From: Terriglobia bacterium
GTDB taxonomy: Bacteria; Acidobacteriota; Terriglobia; 20CM-2-55-15
NCBI GenBank assembly: GCA_965198225.1
Contig: CBDAOY010000008.1
Location: 512,001 to 576,000, forward strand
Direction of reading: 5' to 3'
Length of the DNA: 64,000 nt
The position numbers and the translations under genes are program-made. Shown here one piece after another: positions 39,768-49,433 of this stretch. Under the pieces are notes generated by a model. It was not told the origin of the DNA, did no database searches, and saw only the letters and a program-made list of their open reading frames with translations. How positions within the stretch are numbered: the stretch's first letter is position 1; each line of letters starts with the position of its first letter.

Positions 39768-40062
39768 AACCCTCTCGCTCACTCTTTTTCGTTGATTTCT
39801 GCCTACCGACTGCTTGTCGATTCGTCTAAGTTCCTGTTGCGGCATTCCCTTAGCTGAATTTGCAACAATCCGCGCGAACGCGGTTTCTCAAGTGCATCGC
39901 AAATTTGGCTATCAAAGAATCCGCATTGGAGACTGGTTCATTCGAGATTCGACATTGGCGATTGAAGACACAGTGCCGATGGATTGAGCGGGCCATGCTA
40001 ATTTGAAATCTCGAATCTTCGATCTCGAGTTTCGAATTTTTCAGGGGTAGACTGAGATCGCG

Positions 40063-40719
40063 ATGACTCGAATTATTCTATCGATATTGCTGGTCGGCTT
40101 TGCCGTCCCTGGCGCCGTGGCACAGAGGAGCCCGACGGCCGCGCTCATCGACGGCGTGGAACGCAAGCTCGAACGCATGGAAGACCTCTCGGCGGATTTT
40201 GTTCAAATTTATGAAGATCCATTGAACCGAACCTACCGTGAAGAGGGTCATTTATACCTGAGACGGCCGCGAATGATGCGGTGGGAGTACCGGACGCCCG
40301 AAGAGTATCTCTATGTTTCCGACGGCGAAACCGTGTATCTCTACGTCCCGGCCGACGAGCAGGTGAACCGCGACAGGGTCGACGACTCCTTCGACGACCG
40401 AATACCGCTCATGTTCCTGCTCGGCCGGTCGGAGCTCAGCAGGGAATTCGAAAGAATAGAGTTGTTGTCGCTGCCGGCCAGGGTGGCCGGAGCGAGAGTG
40501 CTCCGAATGTACCCCGCACGCGAGAGTGACGTTGAAGAATTGCTGCTCGAAATCGATCCTGTCAGTTTTGACATCCGGCGCCTTCGGATCGCCCACCGAG
40601 ACGGAGCGCGGACGGACTTCCTCTTCGATGGAATCGAGAGCAACACGGGCCTGGAACGCTCGCTTTTCGATTTTGAAGTGCCTCCCGGCGTCGAACTGGT
40701 CGACGGGATCGGCCAGTAG
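40063..40719 (+). CDS. lolA: Outer-membrane lipoprotein carrier LolA family
   Basis: Signal peptide, ADFVQ, RPRMMRWEY, VSDG, FDFEVPPGV. Confidence 0.85.
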   Translation: MTRIILSILLVGFAVPGAVAQRSPTAALIDGVERKLERMEDLSADFVQIYEDPLNRTYREEGHLYLRRPRMMRWEYRTPEEYLYVSDGETVYLYVPADEQVNRDRVDDSFDDRIPLMFLLGRSELSREFERIELLSLPARVAGARVLRMYPARESDVEELLLEIDPVSFDIRRLRIAHRDGARTDFLFDGIESNTGLERSLFDFEVPPGVELVDGIGQ

Positions 40720-40781
40720 CGCTCAGCCTCGAACCAGCCTCGGTTTCCTTCCCCGTATCGCTGCGGCATACCTCCGGGATC

Positions 40782-41990
40782 ATGGAATTTAACTGCAAGT
40801 ACGCCAAGCCCAATGGCGAAGTCGTTCGGGCAGTTCATGTTGGCCAGACCGAGGAAGAGGTCCGTGATCACCTTCAGGAGCAGGGGTTTCTGCCGCTTTC
40901 TATCCAGCGGAGAGGATGGTCGTTGCCGTTTGGGAGCCGGCGAAAACAGACTGGGTTTCGACCGGAGGACTTCGTCGTCTTCAACCAGCAGTTTGTCGCC
41001 CTGATCCGCGCTGGTCTTCCGATACTGCGCTCCCTCGATCTGCTGAAGGGAAGGATTCCTAACCCTCAGCTTCAAGCCCACATCGTATCGGTGCGGGAAA
41101 AAGTCGTGTCAGGCACGTCACTGTCGGATGCTCTGGAGGACGAGCATGTGTTTCCGCGGGTGTACACCGCCTCCGTTTTTGCCGGTGAACGAAGCGGAAA
41201 CCTGGAAGAGGTGATCAACCGCTTCATCCAATACGAGAAAACGGTTCTCACGGCCAGCAAGAAATTCCGCAATTCGTTGATCTATCCCGGTTTCCTGATT
41301 GTCTTATCTATAGTGATGGTCGGGGTGATCCTCGGTTACGTCATCCCCCGATTCGGCGAACTCTACGAAGGCCTGAATACCGCATTGCCGTTGCCGACTC
41401 GGATCCTGATCGCCGTGGCGGAGGCCATCCAGAGCAGCCTGGTGCTGACTGTGCCGCTGCTCATCGGAGGCCTGATCGCGTTTCGATTCTGGTCCGGCTC
41501 GGCCGGTGGGCGAAGTCGGATCGATGACCTGAAGCTGCGGCTGCCGGTACTCGGGAACATCTGGTCGATGTTTGCGATCGCGCAGCTGGCACGGACGCTG
41601 TCGACGCTGCTCAAGGGCGGAATTCCTCTCTTGTCGGCCCTGGAAGTCGCGCACGAGGCGTCCGGCAACCGGGTGATCGCGGACGCGATCACAGCGGGGA
41701 CGATCAGCGTGAGGGAAGGGTTGTCTCTGGCGGACGGCCTCGAATCGACAGGTCGGTTTCCCGATCTTGCTCTGGAGATGATTCGGGTCGGGGAACAGAC
41801 CGGGTCTCTGCCGGATATGCTCAATCACGTGGCGGATTTCTACGATGAGGACGTCGACTTGCGCTTGACCGCGCTCCTGAGTTGGGTCGAGCCGATCATC
41901 CTGGTTTTTGTTGCGGTCTTTGTGGCGGTGATCCTGGTGTCCCTGTACCTGCCGATCTTCAGCATCGGGTCCAGGGCCTTGCCGTCGTAG
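40782..41990 (+). CDS. T2SSF/PilC-family platform protein
   Basis: AGERSGNL, VGEQTGSL, LYLPIF. Confidence 0.9.
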   Translation: MEFNCKYAKPNGEVVRAVHVGQTEEEVRDHLQEQGFLPLSIQRRGWSLPFGSRRKQTGFRPEDFVVFNQQFVALIRAGLPILRSLDLLKGRIPNPQLQAHIVSVREKVVSGTSLSDALEDEHVFPRVYTASVFAGERSGNLEEVINRFIQYEKTVLTASKKFRNSLIYPGFLIVLSIVMVGVILGYVIPRFGELYEGLNTALPLPTRILIAVAEAIQSSLVLTVPLLIGGLIAFRFWSGSAGGRSRIDDLKLRLPVLGNIWSMFAIAQLARTLSTLLKGGIPLLSALEVAHEASGNRVIADAITAGTISVREGLSLADGLESTGRFPDLALEMIRVGEQTGSLPDMLNHVADFYDEDVDLRLTALLSWVEPIILVFVAVFVAVILVSLYLPIFSIGSRALPS

Positions 41991-42001
41991 TTGTCACGAA
42001 A

Positions 42002-43624
42002 ATGATGGACTCAGAATCTCATACAAGCACCGATGCTTCCCGGCCCGACGACAGGGCACAGGCTCGGGGTCTCGCCGAGCGCTACCGGTACGAAATGGTC
42101 GACCTGAGTGACGTGCATCTGGACGTCGACCTGCTGCGATCGACTCCGGTCGACCTCATGTTCCGGTACAACTTCGTGCCGCTTGCAGAGGATGGTGACG
42201 CCTTGGTGATCGCGATGGCCGACCCGAGCGATCTCGTTGAGGTCGACGAAGTCTCGGCGCTGCTGGACCGCCCCCTGATTATCAAGGTTGCGGCCCAGTC
42301 GGAGATCAGCGACCTCCTGAAGAAGTCCGAGTCCTCGCAGCGTGTACTGGACGAAGCCACCGAAGGCTTCAAGCTGGATATCATCCGCGAAGACGAGAGC
42401 GGCGATGAGACGATCACGATCGAAAAGATCACACAGGCGGAATCGAGCCCGATTATCCGCCTGGTCGACACCATCATCTTCACGGCCCTGGGCCGAAGGG
42501 CGAGCGACATCCACATCGAGACGGGCGCGACCGAAGTCGTCGTGAAGTACCGGGTGGACGGGACGTTGGGCCATGCCATGGATCCGATCGCCAAGGAACA
42601 CCACTCGACGATCATCTCTCGCATCAAGGTGATGTCCGAGCTGGACATTTCAGAGAAGAGAGTGCCACAGGACGGCCGCTTCAAGACCCGCTACAAGGGC
42701 CGCGCGATCGACTTTCGTGTCTCCATCATGCCGTCGATTCACGGCGAGGACGCGGTGATCCGGATCCTGGACAAACAGTCGATCAGCGAGAAATTCAGCA
42801 CTCTGAACCTCGACGTCGTCGGTTTTTCAGACAGCGACATCCGGAAGTTTCGCCATTACATCAACGAGCCCTACGGGATGGTCCTGGTCACGGGCCCGAC
42901 GGGAAGCGGAAAGACGACGACTCTTTACGGCGCCTTGATGGAAATCAAGAACGAAGAAGACAAGATCATCACAATCGAAGACCCTGTGGAATACCAGATC
43001 CAGGGAATAACCCAGATACCGGTCAACGAGAAAAAAGGCCTGACGTTCGCGCGAGGCCTCCGCTCGATACTGCGGCACGACCCCGACAAGATCATGGTCG
43101 GGGAGATCCGCGACATCGAAACCGCACAGATCGCCATACAGTCGGCCCTGACCGGGCATCTGGTGTTCACGACCGTCCACGCGAACAACGTCGTCGACGT
43201 CCTGGGGCGGTTCCTGAACATGGGGGTCGATCCGTACAACTTCGTGTCGGCGCTCAACTGCATCCTGGCCCAGCGATTGGTTCGCCTCATCTGTCCGGAC
43301 TGCAAGAGGACGGTCCGCCACACTGCCGAGCTGCTGAGCGAGTCCGGGCTCGATCCCGAGAAGTATGCCGACAACGTATTCTACGAAGGCGAAGGATGTA
43401 TCGAGTGCAATGGGACGGGATACCGGGGCCGGACAGCGATCCAGGAGTTGCTGGATTTGTCCGACCACATCCGGGAGATGATCGTCGACAAGAAGCCCAC
43501 GTCGGAGATCAAGCGCGCCGCCCACTCGGAAGGAATCACTTTCCTAAGGGAATCAGCGATAGCGAAAGTCGTTGAAGGGAAGACGACCCTTTACGAGATC
43601 AACAAGGTGACCTTCATTGAGTAA
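42002..43624 (+). CDS. GspE/PilB-family assembly ATPase
   Basis: ASDIHIE, GPTGSGKTTT, RHDPDKIMVGEIRD, CPDC...CIEC. Confidence 0.93.
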   Translation: MMDSESHTSTDASRPDDRAQARGLAERYRYEMVDLSDVHLDVDLLRSTPVDLMFRYNFVPLAEDGDALVIAMADPSDLVEVDEVSALLDRPLIIKVAAQSEISDLLKKSESSQRVLDEATEGFKLDIIREDESGDETITIEKITQAESSPIIRLVDTIIFTALGRRASDIHIETGATEVVVKYRVDGTLGHAMDPIAKEHHSTIISRIKVMSELDISEKRVPQDGRFKTRYKGRAIDFRVSIMPSIHGEDAVIRILDKQSISEKFSTLNLDVVGFSDSDIRKFRHYINEPYGMVLVTGPTGSGKTTTLYGALMEIKNEEDKIITIEDPVEYQIQGITQIPVNEKKGLTFARGLRSILRHDPDKIMVGEIRDIETAQIAIQSALTGHLVFTTVHANNVVDVLGRFLNMGVDPYNFVSALNCILAQRLVRLICPDCKRTVRHTAELLSESGLDPEKYADNVFYEGEGCIECNGTGYRGRTAIQELLDLSDHIREMIVDKKPTSEIKRAAHSEGITFLRESAIAKVVEGKTTLYEINKVTFIE

Positions 43625-44492
43625 CTGGTTACTGGACGGTTTCAGGGAATTCTTCGGTCCGGACGTACCGCGCTGGGCCTGCGAGCTGACGCCCGACCGG
43701 GCCGTCGTCGTCGGCACAGGTTCCGACCGTCGGGGCGTCGTGTCCCAGGCCGCGCTCGAACTGCCGCCCGGAGCTATAGCAGGGGATCTTCGACAAGCCG
43801 GTCTCGTCGATGCCGACGGTGTCAAGGCGGTTGTCCGCCGGGCGTTGGACCAGGCGGGTTTTTCGGGATCCGAGATCGTCGCGGTTGTGCCGGACGGGGT
43901 TGCGCGAGTGTCGATCATGAAAGCCGAAACCTTCCCGACGGAGCCGGCACAGCAGCAGTCGTTCATCCGGTGGAAACTCAAGAAGAACGTTCCGTTTGAT
44001 ATCGAAACGGCCGGGCTTGCCTACAAGAAGTTGGCGCAGAACGGTTCAGTCGACATACTCGTCGCTCTGTCTCCCCGGGGCGTGACCGAGCAGTATGAAG
44101 ACCTGTTGGAATCGATCGGCATCCACGCGGGGATCGTAGTCCCTTCGACGATTGCCGCACTCAACCTTCTGGGTGCGAAGCAAGGCGATGTCCTTTTCCT
44201 GAAGGCGAGCCAGGAGGCGGTAACGACCAGTGTCTTCATCGACGGCCGCCTCAGCTTCTACCGCAGAGTGGGGGCCCAGCCGTTGTACGACGCGGTGCAT
44301 CCGACGATCATGTACTACCAGGACAAACTTGGCGGGACCGGGATTCGTGAACTCATCACTTGCGTTCATGACGCCGCGACCGGAGACAGAGCGGCCGAGC
44401 TTGGGACCCGGTTGGGTATTGCGGGGCGAAGCTTGTATACGGCTGATGTCGGCGACGTCTTCAAACCCGCCCTGGGAGCGCTTCAGTTGTGA
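43617..44492 (+). CDS. PilM-like (actin-fold) protein
   Basis: IRWKLKKNVPFD motif; position before PilN/PilO-like genes. Confidence 0.65.
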   Translation: MSNWLLDGFREFFGPDVPRWACELTPDRAVVVGTGSDRRGVVSQAALELPPGAIAGDLRQAGLVDADGVKAVVRRALDQAGFSGSEIVAVVPDGVARVSIMKAETFPTEPAQQQSFIRWKLKKNVPFDIETAGLAYKKLAQNGSVDILVALSPRGVTEQYEDLLESIGIHAGIVVPSTIAALNLLGAKQGDVLFLKASQEAVTTSVFIDGRLSFYRRVGAQPLYDAVHPTIMYYQDKLGGTGIRELITCVHDAATGDRAAELGTRLGIAGRSLYTADVGDVFKPALGALQL

Positions 44493-45088
44493 CGAACCGG
44501 TACCAGTTGAACCTGGCGACGCGTCCTTTTCCACACTACAGAACCACTAATGTTCTGCTGACCGCGATTCTGTTCCTGATCACCGGGTTCTCGGTGTGGC
44601 AGGTGCTGGGCTTTCTCGACTACACGGAGAGAGTGGCGGCGCTCGGCGGAACGGAGCGGGAGGTCCGCGTTGACTGGGAGTACCTGGGCGGGCGTGTCGA
44701 TGAGCTCCGACAGCAGCTCAATCGTCCAGAAGCCGTAGCCCAGATGCAAGAGATCCGGTTCCTCAACCAGGTTGTCGACCGAAAGTCATTCTCCTGGTCC
44801 AGCTTGCTCAGCGTCATCGAGGATGTCATCCCCCGCGGTGTCTACCTGACGGTCCTGGAACCGGACATCGATGACGGTGGACGGATCCGAATCGAGATGG
44901 AGGCGCGGGGCAGGAGCGTTGCCGAGATCAGCACCTTTATCGCCGGACTCGAGCAGACCCCGGTCTTCAAGGACGTCGCGGTCTCGGTAGAGGAAAGGGA
45001 CTTCGAGGACGGCCTGGCGGAGATACTTGTCTTGATGGATGCGGAGTACCTGCCGCAGAACATCACGGCGCTCGTGGAGGCCCCGTGA
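44489..45088 (+). CDS. PilN-like protein
   Basis: LNLATRPF (PilM-binding-like N-terminus), single TM, coiled coil, FSW..L..IE..IP. Confidence 0.75.
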   Translation: MTNRYQLNLATRPFPHYRTTNVLLTAILFLITGFSVWQVLGFLDYTERVAALGGTEREVRVDWEYLGGRVDELRQQLNRPEAVAQMQEIRFLNQVVDRKSFSWSSLLSVIEDVIPRGVYLTVLEPDIDDGGRIRIEMEARGRSVAEISTFIAGLEQTPVFKDVAVSVEERDFEDGLAEILVLMDAEYLPQNITALVEAP

Positions 45089-45651
45089 AGCATCTGTTTC
45101 GGAGGCAGAAACAGCAATACCTGTTCGGGGGTATCATCGGCTCAACGGGTCTCGTTTCGCTCCTGTTTTTCCTGATCCTGTACCTGCCGGCTCGAGCAGA
45201 CTACCTTCGCCTGGAGGCGTCGATCGAACGCCATCGGAGCGAGACCGGGTTTCGGGCACAGGAGCTGGAGAGGTTGCAGGATCTGAATGACCAGCTCGAA
45301 ACCGCACGCACCGATCGTCTCCGCTTCCTGGCGGCGCGCTTCATCCCTCGGCAGGCTGGATTTGCCGCGATGCTTCCCGATCTGGAAGAGCTGGCACAAA
45401 TGGCGGGGATCGATCGGAGCCGGGTCCAGTACAGCGTCGATCAGAACGCGCAGTTTGGAGTCTACTCCGTTAGTATTAACCTGCCGGTTCGTGGGGACTA
45501 TGCTGCAGTAAATCGTTTTATCCGGGCGCTGGAAGATGCGGACACGTTCTTCATTCTGGATTCGATTGGCCTGACCCGTTCTGAATCGGGCGCCGCCGGC
45601 GAGCTGAATCTTTCACTGAGCCTGACGTCTTTTTTTGCTTATGATGGGTAA
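45085..45651 (+). CDS. PilO/GspM-like protein
   Basis: Single TM, coiled coil, PVRGDYAAVNRFIRALE. Confidence 0.72.
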   Translation: MKHLFRRQKQQYLFGGIIGSTGLVSLLFFLILYLPARADYLRLEASIERHRSETGFRAQELERLQDLNDQLETARTDRLRFLAARFIPRQAGFAAMLPDLEELAQMAGIDRSRVQYSVDQNAQFGVYSVSINLPVRGDYAAVNRFIRALEDADTFFILDSIGLTRSESGAAGELNLSLSLTSFFAYDG

Positions 45652-46216
45652 GGACCGCCAACGTCTGAAGATCCTTGCGATACTGCTGGCTGCGCTGGCC
45701 TCGACTCTGTGGATCGGCGAGCAGATCAACCCGACTCCGGGGGCAGCCACAGCTCAGACGCCCGGCTCGGTCCCGACCCCTCCGGTTCCCACGACCGGCC
45801 TGGCCGAGATTGAGGTTGGGGGAAGCTGGATGATTGCCCCTGGGGAAGGCGCAGGGGATCCGGTGCGAAGGAATCCTTTTGAATACGGCCCCGAGCCGCC
45901 GCCCGTCCCGGAAACCCCACTGCCGGGTGAACCCGCCGGGGCTTCCCCTGAGGCCGCGCTATCGCCGGCTCCACCAGCCGAACCCCCGCCCCCGCCTCCT
46001 CCGCCGATTCCGTTCAAGTACAACGGCTATGCCGTCATCGACGGCGAGCAGGGGAAAATTCGCGCGTTCCTTTTTGAGGAAGACAAGTTGTTCTCGGTGT
46101 CGGAAAATGAGGTGCTGATGGGCCGCTACCGTGTCAACCAGGTCACTGAAACCTTCGTCGAGGTCGAGGATCTCGAATTCGGACGCCGTCAACGGCTCCC
46201 GCTCATCGTCCAATGA
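45641..46216 (+). CDS. PilP/GspC-like protein with Pro-rich linker
   Basis: N-terminal TM, RNPF motif, poly-Pro, C-terminal beta domain; operon position. Confidence 0.55.
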   Translation: MMGKDRQRLKILAILLAALASTLWIGEQINPTPGAATAQTPGSVPTPPVPTTGLAEIEVGGSWMIAPGEGAGDPVRRNPFEYGPEPPPVPETPLPGEPAGASPEAALSPAPPAEPPPPPPPPIPFKYNGYAVIDGEQGKIRAFLFEEDKLFSVSENEVLMGRYRVNQVTETFVEVEDLEFGRRQRLPLIVQ

Positions 46217-47415
46217 CGAACGACCGCGGGTTCTCGCTCGCCGCCCTGATGATCTTCATGATGGCCCTGTCCATCTTCATGGCGGCAGCCGTGCCGGCAT
46301 ACCAGATGCAGGCGCAGCGTGAACAGGAAGAAGAGCTGATATTCCGCGGCCAGGAGTATGTGCGTGCAATCCAGAAATACCAGCGGCGCTTCGGCATCTA
46401 TCCCCCGAGTATCGACGCCTTGATGGAGACAAACGGCCTCCGTTTCCTCAGGCGCGAGTACACGGATCCGATCACCGGGGAGGCGTTCCGCCTTTTGACG
46501 ATTAACCCCGATGGCAGCATCAACGGTTCGACTCTCTACCAACAACGCGTCGGTAACGCGCCGCTGTTTCAAGGCGGGACACCGCAAATGTTCGGACAAC
46601 CCGGGTTCGGTCAGGGAGGTGCGGCCGAACAGCAGGGCGGGGGACAACGCGGAGGTCCCGGCCAGGGCTCTCAGGGTCGTGGCGGCGGAGGGCAGGGCTT
46701 AACGGGTGGTTTCGGTGGCGCTCAGCCGGGTCCGGGCGGTCTGGGTGGATTTGGCGGCCAGGCTTTCGGCGGCGGCCGCGGTGGCGGTTCCGGACAACAA
46801 CCGGGGTTCGGTGCGCCCACTCCCCAGGGCACGTTCGAAACAGGATCGTTCACCGGCCGGGGCCAGTCGCAAGGCGTGGGCACCCCAGGTGGTGCCGGAC
46901 AGCAGCAGGGCTTCGGGCCTCCCGGTGGGTTCGGACAACGCGGAGGCGGGAGCAGCCAGGGCAGGGGCCAGCAGGGCCGCGGTGGCCGACAGTCCGGCGG
47001 TGGCCGGCAGGCTCTCGGCGGATCAGGCCAGCAGGGTGTTGCCGGCGGCGCAGGGTTCGGGCAACAGCAGGCTGGTTTCGGGGGAGGGCAGCAGGCAACG
47101 GCGAGTTCTGGAATCGTCGGCGTGGCGCCCGAGAGCGAAGATCCATCGCTGAAGGCCTACAACAATCGGGAGAAGTACAACGAGTGGGAGTTCATCGCGA
47201 TGCCTGGCTTCGGGACCGTTCCTGCACCTCCCACCGGCCAGGGTCAGGGCGCCCCGACAGGTCAACCCAACCAGTTCCAGCAGAATCAGGCATCGCCGTT
47301 TTCAGGTACCCAGCCCAACCCGTTCCCGGGGGGGCCTACGAGGCCACAGCCCCCTGCCGGCACTCGACCCGGTGTACCCAGTCCCGGGCAGACCCGCCCG
47401 CCCGGTCCCTGGTAG
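46213..47415 (+). CDS. Pilin-like protein lacking E5, with long Gly/Gln-rich insert
   Basis: DRG/FSLAA; REQEEELIFRG, FLRREYTDP, then low-complexity region, IVGVA...YNEWEF, Pro-rich tail. Confidence 0.78.
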   Translation: MTNDRGFSLAALMIFMMALSIFMAAAVPAYQMQAQREQEEELIFRGQEYVRAIQKYQRRFGIYPPSIDALMETNGLRFLRREYTDPITGEAFRLLTINPDGSINGSTLYQQRVGNAPLFQGGTPQMFGQPGFGQGGAAEQQGGGQRGGPGQGSQGRGGGGQGLTGGFGGAQPGPGGLGGFGGQAFGGGRGGGSGQQPGFGAPTPQGTFETGSFTGRGQSQGVGTPGGAGQQQGFGPPGGFGQRGGGSSQGRGQQGRGGRQSGGGRQALGGSGQQGVAGGAGFGQQQAGFGGGQQATASSGIVGVAPESEDPSLKAYNNREKYNEWEFIAMPGFGTVPAPPTGQGQGAPTGQPNQFQQNQASPFSGTQPNPFPGGPTRPQPPAGTRPGVPSPGQTRPPGPW

Positions 47416-47482
47416 CTATCAGCCATCAGCTTTCGGCTAAGGGACGATAGTCCCATCCGGTTGGGCCGACAGCTATTAGCTG
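47413..47482. repeat. Heptamer-armed inverted repeat with GGGACGATAGTCCCAT core
   Basis: agctatc-agccatc-agctttc-ggct / gccgac-agctatt-agctg; core 47441-47456; between convergent genes. Confidence 0.75.
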
Positions 47483-47487
47483 GAGTC

Positions 47488-48357
47488 TCAACCGACTTTC
47501 ACCGCATTCGTCTTGGGGATAACCTTGTGCCCGTGCCGTTCGGCATAGATGTGGGTGAATTCCCCGCCCAGCAGCAGAATCGAGGTCGAGAAGTAGACCC
47601 AGATCAGGACGACCAGCAGCGACCCTGCCGCTCCGTACACCGACTCGATCGCGCTCGTTCCCAGGTACAGGCTGAAAAGGTATTTTCCACCCGCGAAGAA
47701 GACCGACGTCACGAGTGCGCCGACCCAGACGTCGCTCCAGGCGACTCTTGCGTCGGGAAGAAACTTGTAGACCAGCGCGAACAACACGGTTACCACCGCG
47801 GCGGAGATGGCCAGATCGACGTAGTGCCAGATGAAAGCGACCCCGGGGACCAAACGGTTTACGTAAACGCTGTAGGCCCGGATGAACGTGCTCAAGAGCA
47901 GGGAGGCCAGCAGGATGACGCTGACGACCATGACCATGCTGAAAGGCCAGAAGCGGTCGCGAAGAATTCCGACAATCCCGCGACCAGGCTTCGCCTCGAC
48001 TCTCCACACCTTGTTCATCGCAGCGAGCAACTGCGCAAACACGGCTGAGGCGCCGATCAGCATGGTCGTCATACCGACCACGGTGGCGATGCGGCCCCCT
48101 CCAACGCGCTCGGTCGTGCTCGACAGCGCGCGCGCAATCAGGACCGCCGCATCGTCGCCGACATAGTTGCTGATCTGACTCTGGATCTGGACGGTTGTGT
48201 CGCCGCTGTAGATCAGGCTGATGAGGGCGACCACGATCAGTAGGCCGGGTGCCATTGAGAAAGCCGCGTAGAAGGCGATTGCGGCACTCATCTGGAAGGC
48301 GCCGTCGTCGATCCAGCGGTAGAACGATTCCTTGAGCAGGTCCCAGACGGCGCCCAT
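47488..48357 (-). CDS. YihY/BrkB family membrane protein
   Basis: SAAIAFYAAFS..P, YKFLPD, YGAAGSL..LIWVY. Confidence 0.9.
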   Translation of the reverse strand: MGAVWDLLKESFYRWIDDGAFQMSAAIAFYAAFSMAPGLLIVVALISLIYSGDTTVQIQSQISNYVGDDAAVLIARALSSTTERVGGGRIATVVGMTTMLIGASAVFAQLLAAMNKVWRVEAKPGRGIVGILRDRFWPFSMVMVVSVILLASLLLSTFIRAYSVYVNRLVPGVAFIWHYVDLAISAAVVTVLFALVYKFLPDARVAWSDVWVGALVTSVFFAGGKYLFSLYLGTSAIESVYGAAGSLLVVLIWVYFSTSILLLGGEFTHIYAERHGHKVIPKTNAVKVG

Positions 48358-48496
48358 CAGAACCCGTACCCCGATTCGCCCGACAGGAGTCGATAGCCTA
48401 CGCGAAGCAGAGCCAGCATGGCCGTATCTTACTCCAGAACGCGTCTGCGCATTTTCGGTGTTTACACCGTTGACTCATTCTGTTACCAAGACGGCC

Positions 48497-49264
48497 ATGA
48501 CCTTCGAGACGATTAAACTCCAACTCGATTCGCGCACCGCCAGGATCGTTCTGTGCCGACCTCCGCTGAATGTGATTAACATTCCGATGATGGAGGAGAT
48601 CGATCGAGCATGGACTGCCATCGAGGAGAGTCCTGCGAATCTGGTCGTCCTGTCCGGTGCCGGTGGAAAGGGTTTTTCGGCCGGAGTCGACATCGCCGAC
48701 CATGCTCCCGCCCGCGTTCAGGAGATGCTGGAACGCTTCCATCATGTCATCCGAAGGATCTACTATTCGGCTCGCATCAGCATCGCGGCCATCCACGGGC
48801 ACACGCTGGGCGGGGCCGCCGAGCTGGCGATGGCCTGTGATTTCGTTGTCGCTGCCGCCGACCTCCATCTCGCATGTCCGGAAATCGACGTCGGTTGCTA
48901 TCCGCCCGTAGCCGCGACCGTGCTGCCCGAAATCGTCGGGATGCACCGCGCGTCTGAGTTCGTACTGCTCGGCCGAGCGGCGTCCGCTGAAGAAGCGAAG
49001 GCGATGGGGCTCGTCAACCTCGTAGCGCCGGCAAGTGAGCTCAACACTGCCGTCGATGAGTGGTTGAGCCTTCTCCTGAAAAAGAGCGCGGCTGTCCTGG
49101 GTATAGCGAAAGCGGCCCTACGCGAGGGTGGGGGCGCGGACTTCGACCTGCGTTTGAAACGGATCGAGGACTTGTACCTGCAGAAGCTCGCCGAGACAGC
49201 CGACATGGCGGAGGGCATCGAGGCCTTTTTGGAGAAGCGGCCTCCGGAGTGGAAGCACCGGTAG
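48497..49264 (+). CDS. Enoyl-CoA hydratase/isomerase family (Dch-like)
   Basis: RPPLNVI, FSAGVDIADH, LGGAAEL, PEIDVG, EGIEAFLEKR. Confidence 0.85.
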   Translation: MTFETIKLQLDSRTARIVLCRPPLNVINIPMMEEIDRAWTAIEESPANLVVLSGAGGKGFSAGVDIADHAPARVQEMLERFHHVIRRIYYSARISIAAIHGHTLGGAAELAMACDFVVAAADLHLACPEIDVGCYPPVAATVLPEIVGMHRASEFVLLGRAASAEEAKAMGLVNLVAPASELNTAVDEWLSLLLKKSAAVLGIAKAALREGGGADFDLRLKRIEDLYLQKLAETADMAEGIEAFLEKRPPEWKHR

Positions 49265-49339
49265 TTTGTTAGTGACGAGTGACGAGCCGGAGGTTGCGTC
49301 AGGCCTCTAGGGGGGATGATAAGAGTCCGGTCGGTGGTC

Positions 49340-49409
49340 GACTTTTCTGCTTAGTCAACACCCGGGGACAGGGCCAGGCCCCTGTCCCCCTCACGTTGCT
49401 CTCTCGCGG
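49340..49409 (-). repeat. Family A palindromic element copy 4
   Basis: Reverse-complement match to the other copies. Confidence 0.85.
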
Positions 49410-49433
49410 AACGTTTAGCTGTACGAACAGGTA

